A stretch of 63,869 bases of DNA, filler included, from Octopus bimaculoides (taxonomy: Eukaryota): assembly GCF_001194135.2 (NCBI RefSeq). It is 6 parts of 6 records of this genome, joined end to end, with 100 filler letters (N's around TTAATTAATTAA, not from the genome) between each part and the next. Parts side by side here need not be neighbours in the genome. Positions count along the whole stretch, not along the records: positions 35,210 to 50,230 come from NC_068990.1; 5 more parts are not named here. One strand, 5' to 3'. Position 1 is the stretch's first letter; each line of letters starts with the position of its first letter. The notes below the pieces were generated by a model. That model was given only the letters and a program-made list of their open reading frames with translations. It did not search any database and was not told where the DNA came from. A program made the position numbers and the translations under genes. Positions 36,490-50,330 of the stretch are shown here, one piece after another.

Positions 36490-37412
36490 TTATATTAAAC
36501 CTCCTCTATATGGTGCATTTGGTGAATGAGGGAGTTTGATGCTGCTGCCCTCGTCTGTTTTTCCTGCCGTGTGGTAGGCTCATCAGGAATCCTTAACAGG
36601 AGGAGACCAGTTTTGCTTTGGAGACACCTAGCTCCGCACCATGCAGGTCTCTCAGGCATTTTGGAATGATATTGAAGAGCTGTGGGTCCTTGAAACCCAA
36701 AGTGTTGCAGTATCTAGTCCTGTATTTTGATGGTGATACTGGGATATTTGCCACTATGCAGTGGCGCCCCCTTCTGCTGTTTGTGTAACTTTCAAAGCCA
36801 AATTTTAGAACGAGGCCTTCCAGGATTTTCCAGATGTATATCACTGCATATCTTTCCCGCCTTCATTCTAGAAAGAAGAGTTTTATCTCTATTAGTCTTT
36901 TCCAGTAGCTAATACGTTGCATTTACACGATTTTCTTTGTGTAGCTTTGTTGGATTCTTCGAGTTCCGCCGTTAATTTTATATTCTGTATTGATCATAGT
37001 TGGGAGCAGTAGTCCAAGCGGCTGAAGACGTATGCCCTCCAATGGACCATCATTGTCCCCTTTTCTCTCGTTCTGAAAGTTCGGAGGATCCATCCAGCTA
37101 TTCGTCTCCATTTTATTACCAAATTGGTAATATGCACCTGGAAAAATGTACCATTGCTCACACCAATGTCCAGGTCACGCACAGAATTTGATTCAGGGAT
37201 TCCAATCCCCACCCCACGGACCAGTGTAACTTATCTGCATGTCATTCAGCTTAGTGTGCTGGTAGCACAGGGCTTGGAATTTTCCTGCATGTTATTGTCC
37301 TCAGCCCACTTGTATATTGCGTCCAACTCCCGTTGCAGATGCGCAATATTTCCAGAATTTTGCATTTTCTGAGATAGTTTTGTATCATCTGCATATCTAG
37401 CAAGGGTGGTTA
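36490..37412 (-). pseudogene. CR1/L2-group (APE-type) LINE RT C-terminal fragment
   Basis: LLAYADDTKL..LQRELDAIYKWAEDNNM; VRDLDI..WILRTFRTRE..SRLDYCSQL; IYIWKILEGLV..RGRHC..DPQLFNIIPKCLRD. Confidence 0.85.
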
Positions 37413-38567
37413 TCTGTGGCCCAGCTTGGCCGCAATCTAATGTCTAAAACAAGTGAAAGATGAAAGATAGATAACTATACATACGCACAAATAGATGAAC
37501 TGATAGGCAGACAGACAGTCAGACAGATATGCGGTGTTACTTTAATTAAATTGTTCTTCGTTGGTTTTGAGAAAGCATATTCAACACCGGATTTACCGAA
37601 CAACTTGCCCATAGAATTATAGTTTAAATCTGTGGCCGAGTATCCCTTTAATGTAATTCTCAAGCATAATCAATGAGATACAGTGAGTGTGCGAAAGCTG
37701 GACTTGAAACCACGACCAAAATGCAACAGATAGTCTTCCTCACAATTTCCTAACCATCTTATCTCACAAGATTTAGTATTGCTCCGATGATATTCAATGA
37801 TAAAATACGTATCCCTAAGATATGAGGCAGTGATGATCTAATCAGAATCAGAAGGAATTGATTTTGGAGTAAAATTATAAACCAGTTGCCCATACTGTGT
37901 TCGTGTATGATGTGCGTGTAAATATATATANNNNNNNNNNNNNNNNNNNNNNNNNNNNNNNNNNNNNNNNNNNNNNNNNNNNNNNNNNNNNNNNNNNNNN
38001 NNNNNNNNNNNNNNNNNNNNNNNNNNNNNNNNNNNNNNNNNNNNNNNNNNNNNNNNNNNNNNNNNNNNNNNNNNNNNNNNNNNNNNNNNNNNNNNNNNNN
38101 NNNNNNNNNNNNNNNNNNNNNNNNNTATATATATATTTATATATATCCAAGAAAGTTAGGGGTTGCGAATTCAACCCACTAAGGGATAATATCTATCCAA
38201 TATACTGCCGGAAGAATACCCAATTATTATTATTACACTAGTGTTTTCCTTCGTATTACCAAGTGCAATAAATGGGTGCGATTAAAAGGATATTTTACCG
38301 TTAATTTATATAGCAATAATAAAATGGAAGGGAATAGGTGGTATTCATCAACTTGTAGACATTGTATTGTGTCAATATATATACATCATACACACACGCA
38401 CACACTGACACACACACACATCATCGATGAGGTGTCGAAATTGTGATGATTTTTGGTCGATAACTGATGAGAGCTGAACGTGTCCTTCGTATGTTTTTCC
38501 GTTTTCCGTATGTTGCTTCGTCGCCCTGCTCTGCAAGATTTTACTTCGTACATATGTATATGTATAC

Positions 38568-38630
<63 letters not shown>

Positions 38631-39594
38631 NNNNNNNNNNNNNNNNNNNNNNNNNNNNNNNNNNNNNNNNNNNNNNNNNNNNNNNNNNNNNNNNNNNNNN
38701 NNNNNNNNNNNNNNNNNNNNNNNNNNNNNNNNNNNNNNNNNNNNNNNNNNNNNNNNNNNNNNNNNNNNNNNNNNNNNNNNNNNNNNNNNNNNNNNNNNNN
38801 NNNNNNNNNNNNNNNNNNNNNNNNNNNNNNNNNNNNNNNNNNNNNNNNNNNNNNNNNNNNNNNNNNNNNNNNNNNNNNNNNNNNNNNNNNNNNNNNNNNN
38901 NNNNNNNNNNNNNNNNNNNNNNNNNNNNNNNNNNNNNNNNNNNNNNNNNNNNNNNNNNNNNNNNNNNNNNNNNNNNNNNNNNNNNNNNNNNNNNNNNNNN
39001 NNNNNNNNNNNNNNNNNNNNNNNNNNNNNNNNNNNNNNNNNNNNNNNNNNNNNNNNNNNNNNNNNNNNNNNNNNNNNNNNNNNNNNNNNNNNNNNNNNNN
39101 NNNNNNNNNNNNNNNNNNNNNNNNNNNNNNNNNNNNNNNNNNNNNNNNNNNNNNNNNNNNNNNNNNNNNNNNNNNNNNNNNNNNNNNNNNNNNNNNNNNN
39201 NNNNNNNNNNNNNNNNNNNNNNNNNNNNNNNNNNNNNNNNNNNNNNNNNNNNNNNNNNNNNNNNNNNNNNNNNNNNNNNNNNNNNNNNNNNNNNNNNNNN
39301 NNNNNNNNNNNNNNNNNNNNNNNNNNNNNNNNNNNNNNNNNNNNNNNNNNNNNNNNNNNNNNNNNNNNNNNNNNNNNNNNNNNNNNNNNNNNNNNNNNNN
39401 NNNNNNNNNNTGTGTGTGTGTATTACAGCCTGTCATTCTGAATTATAGTTACAACATATCTAATGCGCATCCTTATAACTTTTTCTCTATAGAATTTTAA
39501 AGGTAATTGTATGCGCGTTTGTATCTGCGTGCATGTTTATGAATATGCACTTGTGTATGCATGTGTTATATATAGAAAGATACAGATAGAAATT

Positions 39595-39647
<53 letters not shown>

Positions 39648-40220
39648 TAATTAATTGATTGATTGATTGATTGATCTATCAATATCCACGTATTCTTTAT
39701 ACCAGCTAGCTCGGGCACAAAAAATGACACTCGCGAATGAAATGTGTAGCCCGGAGGAATATCGCGAGACGAATTCTCTCGTTTGCTTCTTACCCTGTGA
39801 GGATCACGCGAGCAGCAGCGATGGCAACAGGAGACGCGCTTCACGCTGCGCGAACCGCTAACGATATGACGTGGTGCCCTGATACTGCACTTCATTCAAC
39901 CACACAAAAACAAGCACCACAGCAACGCATGCTGGGCCCAGCAGCCCAATTTGTTCACGTACCGAGCAATGGGGGCGGGTGTGTGAATCAACATTCTAAG
40001 TTGACACGCGCAAGTTGCACTTATAACAGCACCTCCACCTTGAACATGTTGGGGGAACGTTTTTGAGACCCGGTAATATGTATGGCTAGTAGCTGTTAAT
40101 GAGCCGCAAAGTGACACCTATGTTAACAGGCATAACTTGTGAATGGATAAGATCTAAGATAACATTATAAAAAGATCTCTCCATCTTTCTTCTTTGTGTG
40201 CGTATGCATGTATGTACCTA

Positions 40221-40288
<68 letters not shown>

Positions 40289-40895
40289 NNNNNNNNNNNN
40301 NNNNNNNNNNNNNNNNNNNNNNNNNNNNNNNNNNNNNNNNNNNNNNNNNNNNNNNNNNNNNNNNNNNNNNNNNNNNNNNNNNNNNNNNNNNNNNNNNNNN
40401 NNNNNNNNNNNNNNNNNNNNNNNNNNNNNNNNNNNNNNNNNNNNNNNNNNNNNNNNNNNNNNNNNNNNNNNNNNNNNNNNNNNNNNNNNNNNNNNNNNNN
40501 NNNNNNNNNNNNNNNNNNNNNNNNNNNNNNNNNNNNNNNNNNNNNNNNNNNNNNNNNNNNNNNNNNNNNNNNNNNNNNNNNNNNNNNNNNNNNNNNNNNN
40601 NNNNNNNNNNNNNNNNNNNNNNNNNNNNNNNNNNNNNNNNNNNNNNNNNNNNNNNNNNNNNNNNNNNNNNNNNNNNNNNNNNNNNNNNNNNNNNNNNNNN
40701 NNNNNNNNNNNNNNNNNNNNNNNNNNNNNNNNNNNNNNNNNNNNNNNNNNNNNNNNNNNNNNNNNNNNNNNNNNNNNNNNNNNNNNNNNNNNNNNNNNNN
40801 NNNNNNNNNNNNNNNNNNNNNNNNNNNNNNGTGCGCGTGCACACACACACACACATACACACACTTATATACACGATCGGCTTCTTTCAGTTTCT

Positions 40896-41123
40896 TATTT
40901 CTTTATTGCCCACAAGGGGCTAAACATTGAGGGGACAAACAAGGACAGACAAAGGGACTAAATCGATTGCATCGACCCCAGTGCATAACTGGTACTTAAT
41001 TTATCGACCCCGAAAGGATGAAAGGCAAAGTCGACCTCGGCGGAATTTGAACTCAGAACATAACGGCAGACGAAATACTGCTAAGCATTTCGCCCGGCGG
41101 GCTAACGTTTCTGCCAGCTCGCC
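40896..41123 (-). mobile_element. SINE-B, tail variant B2, inserted into a SINE-A
   Basis: 17-bp TSD ggcttctttcagtttct at 40879-40895 and 41124-41140; tail ..agccccttgtgggcaataaagaaata. Confidence 0.95.
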
Positions 41124-41357
41124 GGCTTCTTTCAGTTTCTCTCTATCAAATCCACTCACAACGCTTTGGTCGACCTCAGGCTGTAATTGAAGACACACAA
41201 ATCATCAAAAACAAAGCAAATACAAAGTTCATTGTGGTTGCTGATAAAATATGATATTGGATTCAACTCCCAGGTTAGCATTTGAAGTGGATTGCTCACT
41301 TGTAACCAGTAGTACCCAAGTGTTCGCCTTATATATATATAAGTATACATATATTAA

Positions 41358-41649
41358 CTCATTACCTCCCATAATTCTATTAACTGGAATCTTTTTTTAT
41401 GAAACTTTGATTTCCAGTATAAAACAACCTTAGAAACACGCTGGAATGATCAAAATAACATTTCAAAATAACATTTTAAATAGAAATAAGCGAGATATTG
41501 GGTGAAAAATTAGCAAACCTCATTTGAATATCAGAGAAATATACCTAGTAGATATAGCAAAAAGGTTAGATATGTGTAAATATTGACAGATAATTACGAA
41601 ATTTGTAATTTTTAAGTGATCTCATATGAGATCACTGGTAGGTAATGGG
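41358..41649. mobile_element. piggyBac-type MITE
   Basis: TTAA|ctcattacctccca ... tggtaggtaatggg|TTAA. Confidence 0.8.
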
Positions 41650-42229
41650 TTAATGAAATTGAGACAGAGACAAAAAAAGAAAAACATAGATGTCTTTTTT
41701 GACTTGATTCTTTAGAACTCTCTTACGCTCCTTAGACTTCGAACTACCATGGATGGCTTTTTAAAAGACGAACTATTTTGAAATATGTTTAATTAAGGGG
41801 TAAAAAGCTTTTTTTAGTCGATTGATATTTTTCTGTCGATTAACATGTTTTAGTAATGCATTTTGATTACCTATTGTAGTTGATTTGCATATAACTTTTC
41901 TTGATAGACCTTTCTATATATTTTGTATTTTTATGTGCATATATACTTTTTACCTTCTGTGTTTTTATATATGCATTCCTGTGTATATGTTAAAGGCCAT
42001 GGTAATGGTTATATATGATGAAATGTATGGAAGCGTGGTGTTATGTAAAGTCGTTGACCCGAATTTGATGTTTGTTCCCTAATCAATGTTTTTTTTTTTT
42101 TTTTGTCTTTCTGTCTCAATTTCATTTGAGCACTTCTTTTTGCAGTCCCTATAAACCACTTCTGTTTCCATAAAAGAAACAAAAATTATTTCTTGTCTTA
42201 TATGTAAATATTTTCAAAATGTAACCACA

Positions 42230-42420
42230 TGTGAATCGTTGGCGAGTCTGTTCCTTCGTCTTCCTTTTCTCTTGAACTTTCCTGTCTCCTGTTTCTGAAG
42301 AAGAGTTTTGCTCGAAGCATAAAACCACCTTTCTTTCCTTCCTTAAGCGTCTGCTAGTACTTTGCATGTACCACAACCTCACGTTGTTTTTCTCGTGTTT
42401 GCTCTTCGTTTTCTTTTTAC
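42230..42420 (+). mobile_element. Penelope-like terminal repeat fragment with degenerate hammerhead
   Basis: tcgttggcga..cttcgtcttcc..ttt CTGAAGA a gagt ttt gctc gaagcata aaa; homologous to 44225-44390 (minus). Confidence 0.6.
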
Positions 42421-42667
42421 TTACTATATATATATATATAATAGTATCAGTTGATAGTAGGAGAAGAATTTCGTATTAGACTTTTATTACGAAATCCATC
42501 TACTCTCAATTAATATTATTACCGTAACTGCCACTGCGAAATTCCTGAAGTAAATCCAACGGAAGCGTACCACAACTATGGATGACAACAGGTAGTCTAA
42601 ACTGTGCCGGTACTCTACTCAACATTTAAACACACAAATCCAATTATACGTATTTGTCTAAATTTTC

Positions 42668-42777
<110 letters not shown>

Positions 42778-42896
42778 GTAAGGTAATTATACAAAAGAAA
42801 ACAAGACATCGGGAAAGCAGTAACTTAAAGTGTGGAACATTCAAGTAGTTTCATCTTTATTAAATGTTATCAGGGATCTTTTACCTTGTCTTTCTT

Positions 42897-42967
<71 letters not shown>

Positions 42968-43404
42968 CTGTCTCTCACTGTCTCTCACTCTCTCGTTCTC
43001 ATTCTCTCCCTCTCTTTTATGCATATTCATACGCTCGTTACCATAAAAAAGTTACGTCATATATGCACCACAGAGAAATCAATTTGCATTAAACAACCAA
43101 CGAGCCTCCAAGTGGTTGCTCGACATACTAAGATTAGCAGCTAAATGGCCACCTTATTACATGCCTGCTGAATTGTTCTCTCTGAAAAAAAAAAAAAAAT
43201 CTACCATTGTTAATATTGTTCTAGATACATTAATTATATCGGGGAAAAATAATGGATGGTCATAGGCGGGACGCCTCTGGTAATAAGTCTGCTCGACCGA
43301 GATTTACACATACCATCTTCGTAGAGATCATTGATATAAACCGTTAAGAGATGGGGGTCATAGAAGACCATAGTAAAACGATTGGAATCAGCAAATAAAA
43401 CATA

Positions 43405-43605
43405 CCTTTCTAATAATGGCAGAACACCTGCAATTTTGGAGGAGAGGGGCTAGTCGATTACATCACTGGTACTTACTTTCACGACCCCAAAAGAATAGAA
43501 GGCAAAGTCGACTTCAGTGGCATTTGAAGTCGGAACGTAAAGCCGAAAGAAGTGATATTAAGCATTTTGTCCGGCGTACTAACAGCGCTACCAGCTCGCC
43601 TCCTT
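43405..43605 (-). mobile_element. SINE-B, diverged
   Basis: ggggctagtcgattacatc..ctggtactt..cgaccccaaaagaatagaaggcaaagtcgac..cgtactaacagcgctaccagctcgcc. Confidence 0.8.
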
Positions 43606-43635
43606 GGAAGAATATAAATAATGTGTGCGTGTGTT

Positions 43636-43666
<31 letters not shown>

Positions 43667-44172
43667 AACAGAGGCGGGGGAAGGAGTAATGTATTTGTGT
43701 GTGAGAGGGAAAGTGTGTGCGTATGAGTGTGTTTCTGTGTCCCTGCATAGATAGATACATACACTTCAGCAGGCATATACACACACATTCATACATACAC
43801 ACAAACGCATAGATGCATGCATACATACACATCATTTACATGTTGCAGTCAAAGATTATGGCCATGCTGGGGCATCACTTTGAATGATTTTAGTTGTGCA
43901 AATCACTCCCAGTATTTAATTTTTTTTCTTTTTATTTCCTTGTACTTATTTTATATTGTATTTTGCCGAAGTACTACATCGCTATATTACAAGACGATAA
44001 ACAAACCAACGGCGGCCCTTAAGCGATGTTGGGGTACAAACACAAACACAAAGAACCCCCATAACGTAGCAGATCAGTAACAGAAGCAAATAGAATGAGT
44101 ACCAGGCTTTAAAAAACGAAGTAGTGAGGTTGATTCATTCAACCAAAATGACTAAAGCAAATAAAAGATAAA

Positions 44173-44211
<39 letters not shown>

Positions 44212-44224
44212 GGTTCAAAAAAGA

Positions 44225-44390
44225 AAAACGACAAAAAACAACAAAAAAACAACAACGCGAGGACGTAATACAGATTGTGTTACTGGACGCTCGGNNNNNN
44301 NNNNTTTGACGTTTCGAGCGGAGCTCTTCGTCGAAAACATAGGAAAGTCCAAAGAAGGGAAGACGGAGGAAGAAAAAATCGCCAACGATA
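44225..44390 (-). mobile_element. Penelope-like terminal repeat fragment with minimal hammerhead (44305-44338)
   Basis: Minus: ttt tcgacga a gagc tcc gctc GAAAC GTC aaa; the core differs from canonical CUGACGA. Confidence 0.6.
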
Positions 44391-44394
44391 TCCA

Positions 44395-45270
44395 CGAGGG
44401 GTCATCCCCAAAATAATGCGGTTCTTTTATAGTTCTCTTATTTTTACAAAATTAAGATAACCAAAATTCATTTTAAATTTAAAATATATTCTCTTTCATT
44501 TTCTACATTGCTCTTCCATCTGTCTGGTAGACTTGCAAGGCTCCTCTTACAAAATTCACTTGTCCATGACGAAAAATACTCCTGCAGTACTGTTCTGACC
44601 TCGTCTACAGAATTTACATTTTTCCCATCCAAATGATTTTGAAGACTGCGCAATAAATGATAATCAGATGGGGCAATGTCCGGCGACTATGGTGGGTGGG
44701 GCATCGTTTCCAATTCAAACTGCTCCAGCCTTTCGAATGTCATCCTCGCAGATAGATGAACAACTTTCGTCTTGAAACCAAAGATGGTTGTTTTACTTCT
44801 AGCGTTGAATTGAAAGACTGGTTAAATGACCAAATCCAAGCTTCTGTGCTAGTTCCTCAACAGTTACGATGGAATTTTGTTCCACCAGTGTTTGCAGGAC
44901 GTCCTCGCTAAGCTCCACAGGTCTTCCAGGACAAAGCTGTAGTTTTCGGCTCGAAATTTCTGTAACCACCGTTGACACTGGCTTACGCTTATTGCCCGAC
45001 CCCATATACTGCATTGATATTCCTTACACTTTCCGTTGCGATGTTAACTTTATTGAACTCATAAAGCAAAATATGCCGAATATGCTCCTTTGACACTTCC
45101 ACTATAGCCTTGAAAAAATAACTGTTAAAATCGAATTGCACTCTTCAAAACTTGCACTAAGAATAAGGGCAAGGTAAAATTACTACCTGGTTTTATAGCA
45201 AGTTGATGCAGGTAGCTTATCCCGTCTCCCTCCGACTTTTAGTTCATGCAATTGAAAGAAACCGCATTAA
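44395..45270 (-). mobile_element. Mariner-family transposon, internally deleted
   Basis: EHIRHILLYEFN..QCQRWLQKFR..GRPVELSEDVL..TVEELA (N-terminus) joined to HPP*SPDIAPSDYHLLRSLQNHLDGK..LPDRWK (C-terminus); partial TIR taatgcggtt / aaccgcatta. Confidence 0.85.
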
Positions 45271-45506
45271 TGTACGCAGTATTAAAATAAGAGCTAATAT
45301 TTTAATGCCATGGAGACACGGTAATTCGGCGGGTCTATATAAAGTGCCCTCCCTCTCGAAAAAGATCTTCTCCTCTTGTTTTCTCAAATACCAGCGTCCT
45401 GGTTTCAAATGCGACTAACCGTGTGCATTGAGTCTGAAAGGTTATATCTATCTATCTATCTGTCTGTCTGGCTGGCTGGCTGGCCGTCTGTCTGTCTTCT
45501 GTCTAT

Positions 45507-45670
45507 ACACGACGGGCTTCTTTCAGTTTGTGCCTACAAATCCGCTCACAATATTTTGCTCGGTTCAAGGCTACTGTAGTAGACACTTAACCAAAGTTTC
45601 ACGCAGTGGGACTGAACCCGAAACCATGTGGTAGGGAAACAAGCTTTTTATCACACACCCATGCTTGCGT
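45507..45670 (-). mobile_element. SINE-A 5' half
   Basis: acgacgggcttctttcagttt..cgcagtgggactgaacccgaaaccatgtgg. Confidence 0.85.
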
Positions 45671-45742
45671 CTGTCATCGATAATGTTTATATTTTTACTA
45701 TTATTATTATAATTATTATTAATAATAATTATTATTATAATT

Positions 45743-45783
<41 letters not shown>

Positions 45784-45794
45784 TATTATTATTA

Positions 45795-45886
<92 letters not shown>

Positions 45887-45887
<1 letters not shown>

Positions 45888-46807
45888 CTTCGTAACACAC
45901 TGTTGGTAAAAATGCAACGGAGTCATCTGTCAAGTCACAACAACGACCTCAGACAGAATGTATTCCTTTCAAACTGTCCATGCGTTCTCATTTCAAGGTC
46001 TCCTTTTCTCTTCTACTCAGCTCTTTGGTTAAACTCATCCTTGCCCATCATTTCATCCGCATTTGCACCCACATCTTAGCGCAGCATATTGCTGCAAGTT
46101 TTCATCACTATTTATCAAATACTCGGCAAGCGTCCTCCTTTCACTCCTTATACAATGATCTATACTAATTAGTCCTCAACCACTATTCTTTCTTTTCATA
46201 TACAGTCTGTTTACGTTCGCTTTAGGGTGTAGCGCCCCATGCAACGTCATCAACTTTCTCGTCCTTCTATCCAGTGTTGATATTTCCTCCTCAGTCCATT
46301 TGAGGATGAACGCACTATATCTGACCACCGCAACTGCCCAGATATTCATTGCGGTAATCAAACTTTTGGTATTCAGGTTTTGATTTCAACACCATCTTCA
46401 CCCTTTCTTGATACGCCTCACAGACCTTGACTTTCATTTCTCTGTATAGAATGTCATCCAGCTCCAAAATCCCTAAATATCTATACCCATTACCGTCGGG
46501 TTCACCCATGGTCTTTCTTGGTGGTAACCGAAATCCTCTGCAGGCTGCTTTCTTCCCTCTTTTCATATTAAGTACTGAGCATTTGGTAATTCCAAATTCC
46601 ATACCGATGTCCCTACCACACTTCTGAACTGTTTTGATTAAGGAATCTATCTGTTTTTCAGATTATCCAAACAATTTCAGATCATCCATAAATAGAAGAT
46701 GGTTCAATGATGACCCATTCTTCCTACATCGGTAACCCATCTTAATTTTCCTAAGTGCCATTGTTATGGGTATTAGTGAAATTACAAAAAGTAACGGAGA
46801 AAACGAG
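45887..46807 (-). pseudogene. R4/Dong-type LINE RT core fragment flanked by (TAA)n on both sides
   Basis: SFSPLLFVISLIPIT..LNHLLFMDDLKLFG*SEKQIDSLI..IGMEFGITKCSVL..YRYLGILE..LDRRTRKLMT.HGALHPKANVNRLYMKRK..GLISI..RTHGQF. Confidence 0.9.
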
Positions 46808-46850
46808 TATTATTATTATTATTATCATTATTATTATTGTTGTTGTTGCT

Positions 46851-47076
46851 AAGGCACCAAACTGGCAGAATGGCTAGCACACCAGGAAAGATGCTTAGCA
46901 GCATTTCGTCCACCTTCAGGTTCTGGATTCAAATTCTGTCGAGGTCGGTTTTGTTTTTCATCCTTTCGGGGCCAATGAAATAAGTACCAGTTATGTACTA
47001 GGGTCGATGTAATCAACTGGTCCCCTCCCGCCAAATTTCAGATTTGGGCCAAAATTTGAAATCAGTATCATCATCG

Positions 47077-47146
<70 letters not shown>

Positions 47147-47159
47147 TGTTATTACTATT
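46851..47159 (+). mobile_element. SINE-B, B3 tail with (ATT)n
   Basis: aaggcaccaaactggcagaatggctagcac..gggccaaaatttgaaatc..(att)n; preceded by (ATT)n(GTT)n. Confidence 0.85.
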
Positions 47160-47399
47160 TGTCGGGATGCAGGCAGTAGTGATGACACTGCGTGACTAAT
47201 GGAGGAGAGGAGAGGAAGATATTCTCAAACTGGAGACCTGTCCGAAATGCTTGAAACTGAGACGACACCTAAGGTACCAAATGGCGGTGTTAAACCGCCA
47301 TCGGCTACTCAAGTAAGCTAGAGCGAGATTTGAACTCAGAACATAGAAAGACGAAACATTCTGACCGGCATTCTTTAAATAAGGATAAAGGACAAAGAT

Positions 47400-47638
47400 C
47401 CTGCCCGAATCATATAGTCTCATCGGGTCGGTTTCCCAGATTCTGTGGCGTATATATTCCCTCGCCAGGAGAGGACAACGGTACTTCGCAGGATTTTTTT
47501 TTTGCCAGTTGAATGGAGAGGAGCAACGTGAAATGGGGTGTCTTGTTCAAGAACAAAACTCATCGCCCAATCTAGGAATCGAAACAACAGTCTTACGACC
47601 ATGAGTCCAGCTCCTTAACTGTTACCCACACGCCTCCA
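47400..47638 (-). mobile_element. SINE-C, head H2 plus tail T2, degenerate
   Basis: Minus: ggaggcgtgtgg..gttaaggagctggactcatggtcgtaag..ttcgattcctag..ttgaacaagacac..tttcacgttgctc..ctggcaaaaa..atcctgcga. Confidence 0.65.
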
Positions 47639-47646
47639 GGTATACA

Positions 47647-47680
<34 letters not shown>

Positions 47681-47956
47681 CATACATACATACATGCATA
47701 CATATATATTTGTGCTTGTTGTTCCCTTACCCTCACCGCTTTATAACTGGTGTTGGTTTGTTTACGCCACCATAACTTAGCGGTTCGACATAAGAAAGGA
47801 GTAGAATAACAACCCGATTTGTAAAATAAGAACTGGAGCCGATTTTTTGACTAAAGCTTTTCTAGGCGTTGCCCCAGCATGGCCGCAATCCAGTAACTAA
47901 AACGATACACATACACAATATCTATCTATCCATCTATCTATCTATCTATCTATCTA

Positions 47957-47989
<33 letters not shown>

Positions 47990-48030
47990 AAGTACGTGTG
48001 TATGTATGTTTTGTATCTATGAATGTATTG

Positions 48031-48061
<31 letters not shown>

Positions 48062-48276
48062 GTATGTATTGTATGTATATAAGTACGTAAGTATGGATGT
48101 ATGTATGTGTGTGCGTATGTGTATATGTATGTATGTATGTATGTATGCATTTATCTATGTATGTATGTACTTATGCATGTATCACGTAGCCATAGTCTCA
48201 ACGCATGCACATAAACATGCATGCACGAAGAAATGCGTACACAAGAGCGCATGCATTTACATACTCAGATGCATGG

Positions 48277-48319
<43 letters not shown>

Positions 48320-48874
48320 TACACACACACACGCTCACACGCACACACACATCCACACACGTGTACAGACGCGCGGGCACACTCACGAACACACAAGCGT
48401 TCCTAATTACATAAGCCATAAACCTTCATCTCCCTACCTNNNNNNNNNNNNNNNNNNNNNNNNNNNNNNNNNNNNNNNNNNNNNNNNNNNNNNNNNNNNN
48501 NNNNNNNNNNNNNNNNNNNNNNNNNNNNNNNNNNNNNNNNNNNNNNNNNNNNNNNNNNNNNNNNNNNNNNNNNNNNNNNNNNNNNNNNNNNNNNNNNNNN
48601 NNNNNNNNNNNNNNNNNNNNNNNNNNNNNNNNNNNNNNNNNNNNNNNNNNNNNNNNNNNNNNNNNNNNNNNNNNNNNNNNNNNNNNNNNNNNNNNNNNNN
48701 NNNNNNNNNNNNNNNNNNNNNNNNNNNNNNNNNNNNNNNNNNNNNNNNNNNNNNNNNNNNNNNNNNNNNNNNNNNNNNNNNNNNNNNNNNNNNNNNNNNN
48801 NNCACCACCACCACTATTAAACACGATCTTTCTATCGTTCTTCTTTTCTTCCATCCTCTTTGTTTCTGTTACAC

Positions 48875-48923
<49 letters not shown>

Positions 48924-49130
48924 ATTCTCTGTCTCTCTCTCTCCGTTTCCTTCCACCCATTCTTTAGTTGTCTCTCAAATCCCCAGCACTCTTTTCTTTT
49001 TCTTTTTTGTTTCTTCTCCTCACGCTACCGACGCACTAACGAGTAAATGCATAAACGCATACACATATATATATATATATTAGCACAACGTTCATGCATT
49101 GCCTAACAGCTATACACACATTCGAGACAT

Positions 49131-49357
49131 TCGAGCTGGCAGAAACGTTAGCACGCCGGGCGAAATGCTTAGCGGTATTTCGTCTGCCGCTACGTTCTGA
49201 GTTCAAATTCCGCCGAGGTCGACTTTGCCTTTCATCCTTTCGGGGTCGATTAAATAAGTACCAGTTACGCACTGGGGTCGATATAATCGACTTAATCCGT
49301 TTGTCTGTCTTTGTTTGTCCCCTCTGTGTGTAGCCCCTTGTGGGTAGTAAAGAAATA
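49131..49357 (+). mobile_element. SINE-B, tail variant B2, young-looking
   Basis: 15-bp TSD acacattcgagacat at 49116-49130 and 49358-49372; tail ..agccccttgtgggtagtaaagaaata. Confidence 0.95.
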
Positions 49358-49773
49358 ACACATTCGAGACATCGAGAGAAGCCTATACAGTATTGCTCCA
49401 CCTGAGAAAAACAGTAGCCAATTCACCCTCAGACAACATGCACATTACGATATTAAAAGACAATGTAGTCTGAAGTATATATAGTTAAAAATGTAGTCTG
49501 AAGTATATATAGTTAAAAAAATGAAAAAAAAACAAGACTAAAGGACATGATGGTCATATATGGAAAGCCTTTTGACCAGTGGTATGTCCGGCAGGATCTG
49601 ATCTAGGTTTGTGTGTACACACTCACACAGACGGAGAAAAGGAGAGAGACGAGGAGAGAGAGGGGGAGAGAGGGGGGAAGAGAGACAGAAAAGGTGATGT
49701 GTTTGTGAGTATATACGTACACACTATATATGTGTGTATGTGCACACATACATACACATACATATATATACGC

Positions 49774-49806
<33 letters not shown>

Positions 49807-49883
49807 TACACACACATNNNNNNNNNNAGAGAGAGAGCATAGCATGATAGATAGATAGATAGATAGATACATACATACATACA

Positions 49884-49916
<33 letters not shown>

Positions 49917-50330
49917 GCATGCATACACACATACATACATAATGAGATTTAACGAGAACATTGTGGAATGTGACTTCGAAGTTTCGGACTCTTCGGCCTT
50001 CTGCAGACTGTGAATGTTTAACAGGTCGAGACTTCGAAGTCACTATCAACACCATGCTTAGTATTGAGTATTTCTTCAGTTTAATGTAAAATTGCTTTCT
50101 TTTTATTATAACTTGACAAATATTAAAACATACATGTGTGTGTGTGCGCGCCGGCGTGTGCGTATGTATGCACATGTGTGAGTGTGTGTATGCGTGTGTC
50201 CGTGCCCGTGTGTGTGTGTGTGTGTGTGTGNNNNNNNNNNNNNNNNNNNNNNNNNNNNNNNNNNNNNNNNNNNNTTAATTAATTAANNNNNNNNNNNNNN
50301 NNNNNNNNNNNNNNNNNNNNNNNNNNNNNN

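Noticed and set aside
38415-38500. CTGATGA at about 38465 and cgatga..gaaa at about 38424 as hammerheads
   Set aside because: The first has no downstream GAAA or stems; the second lacks a valid core and cleavage triplet.
45628-45909. Poly-His/poly-Tyr ORF
   Set aside because: (ATC)n(ATT)n microsatellite.
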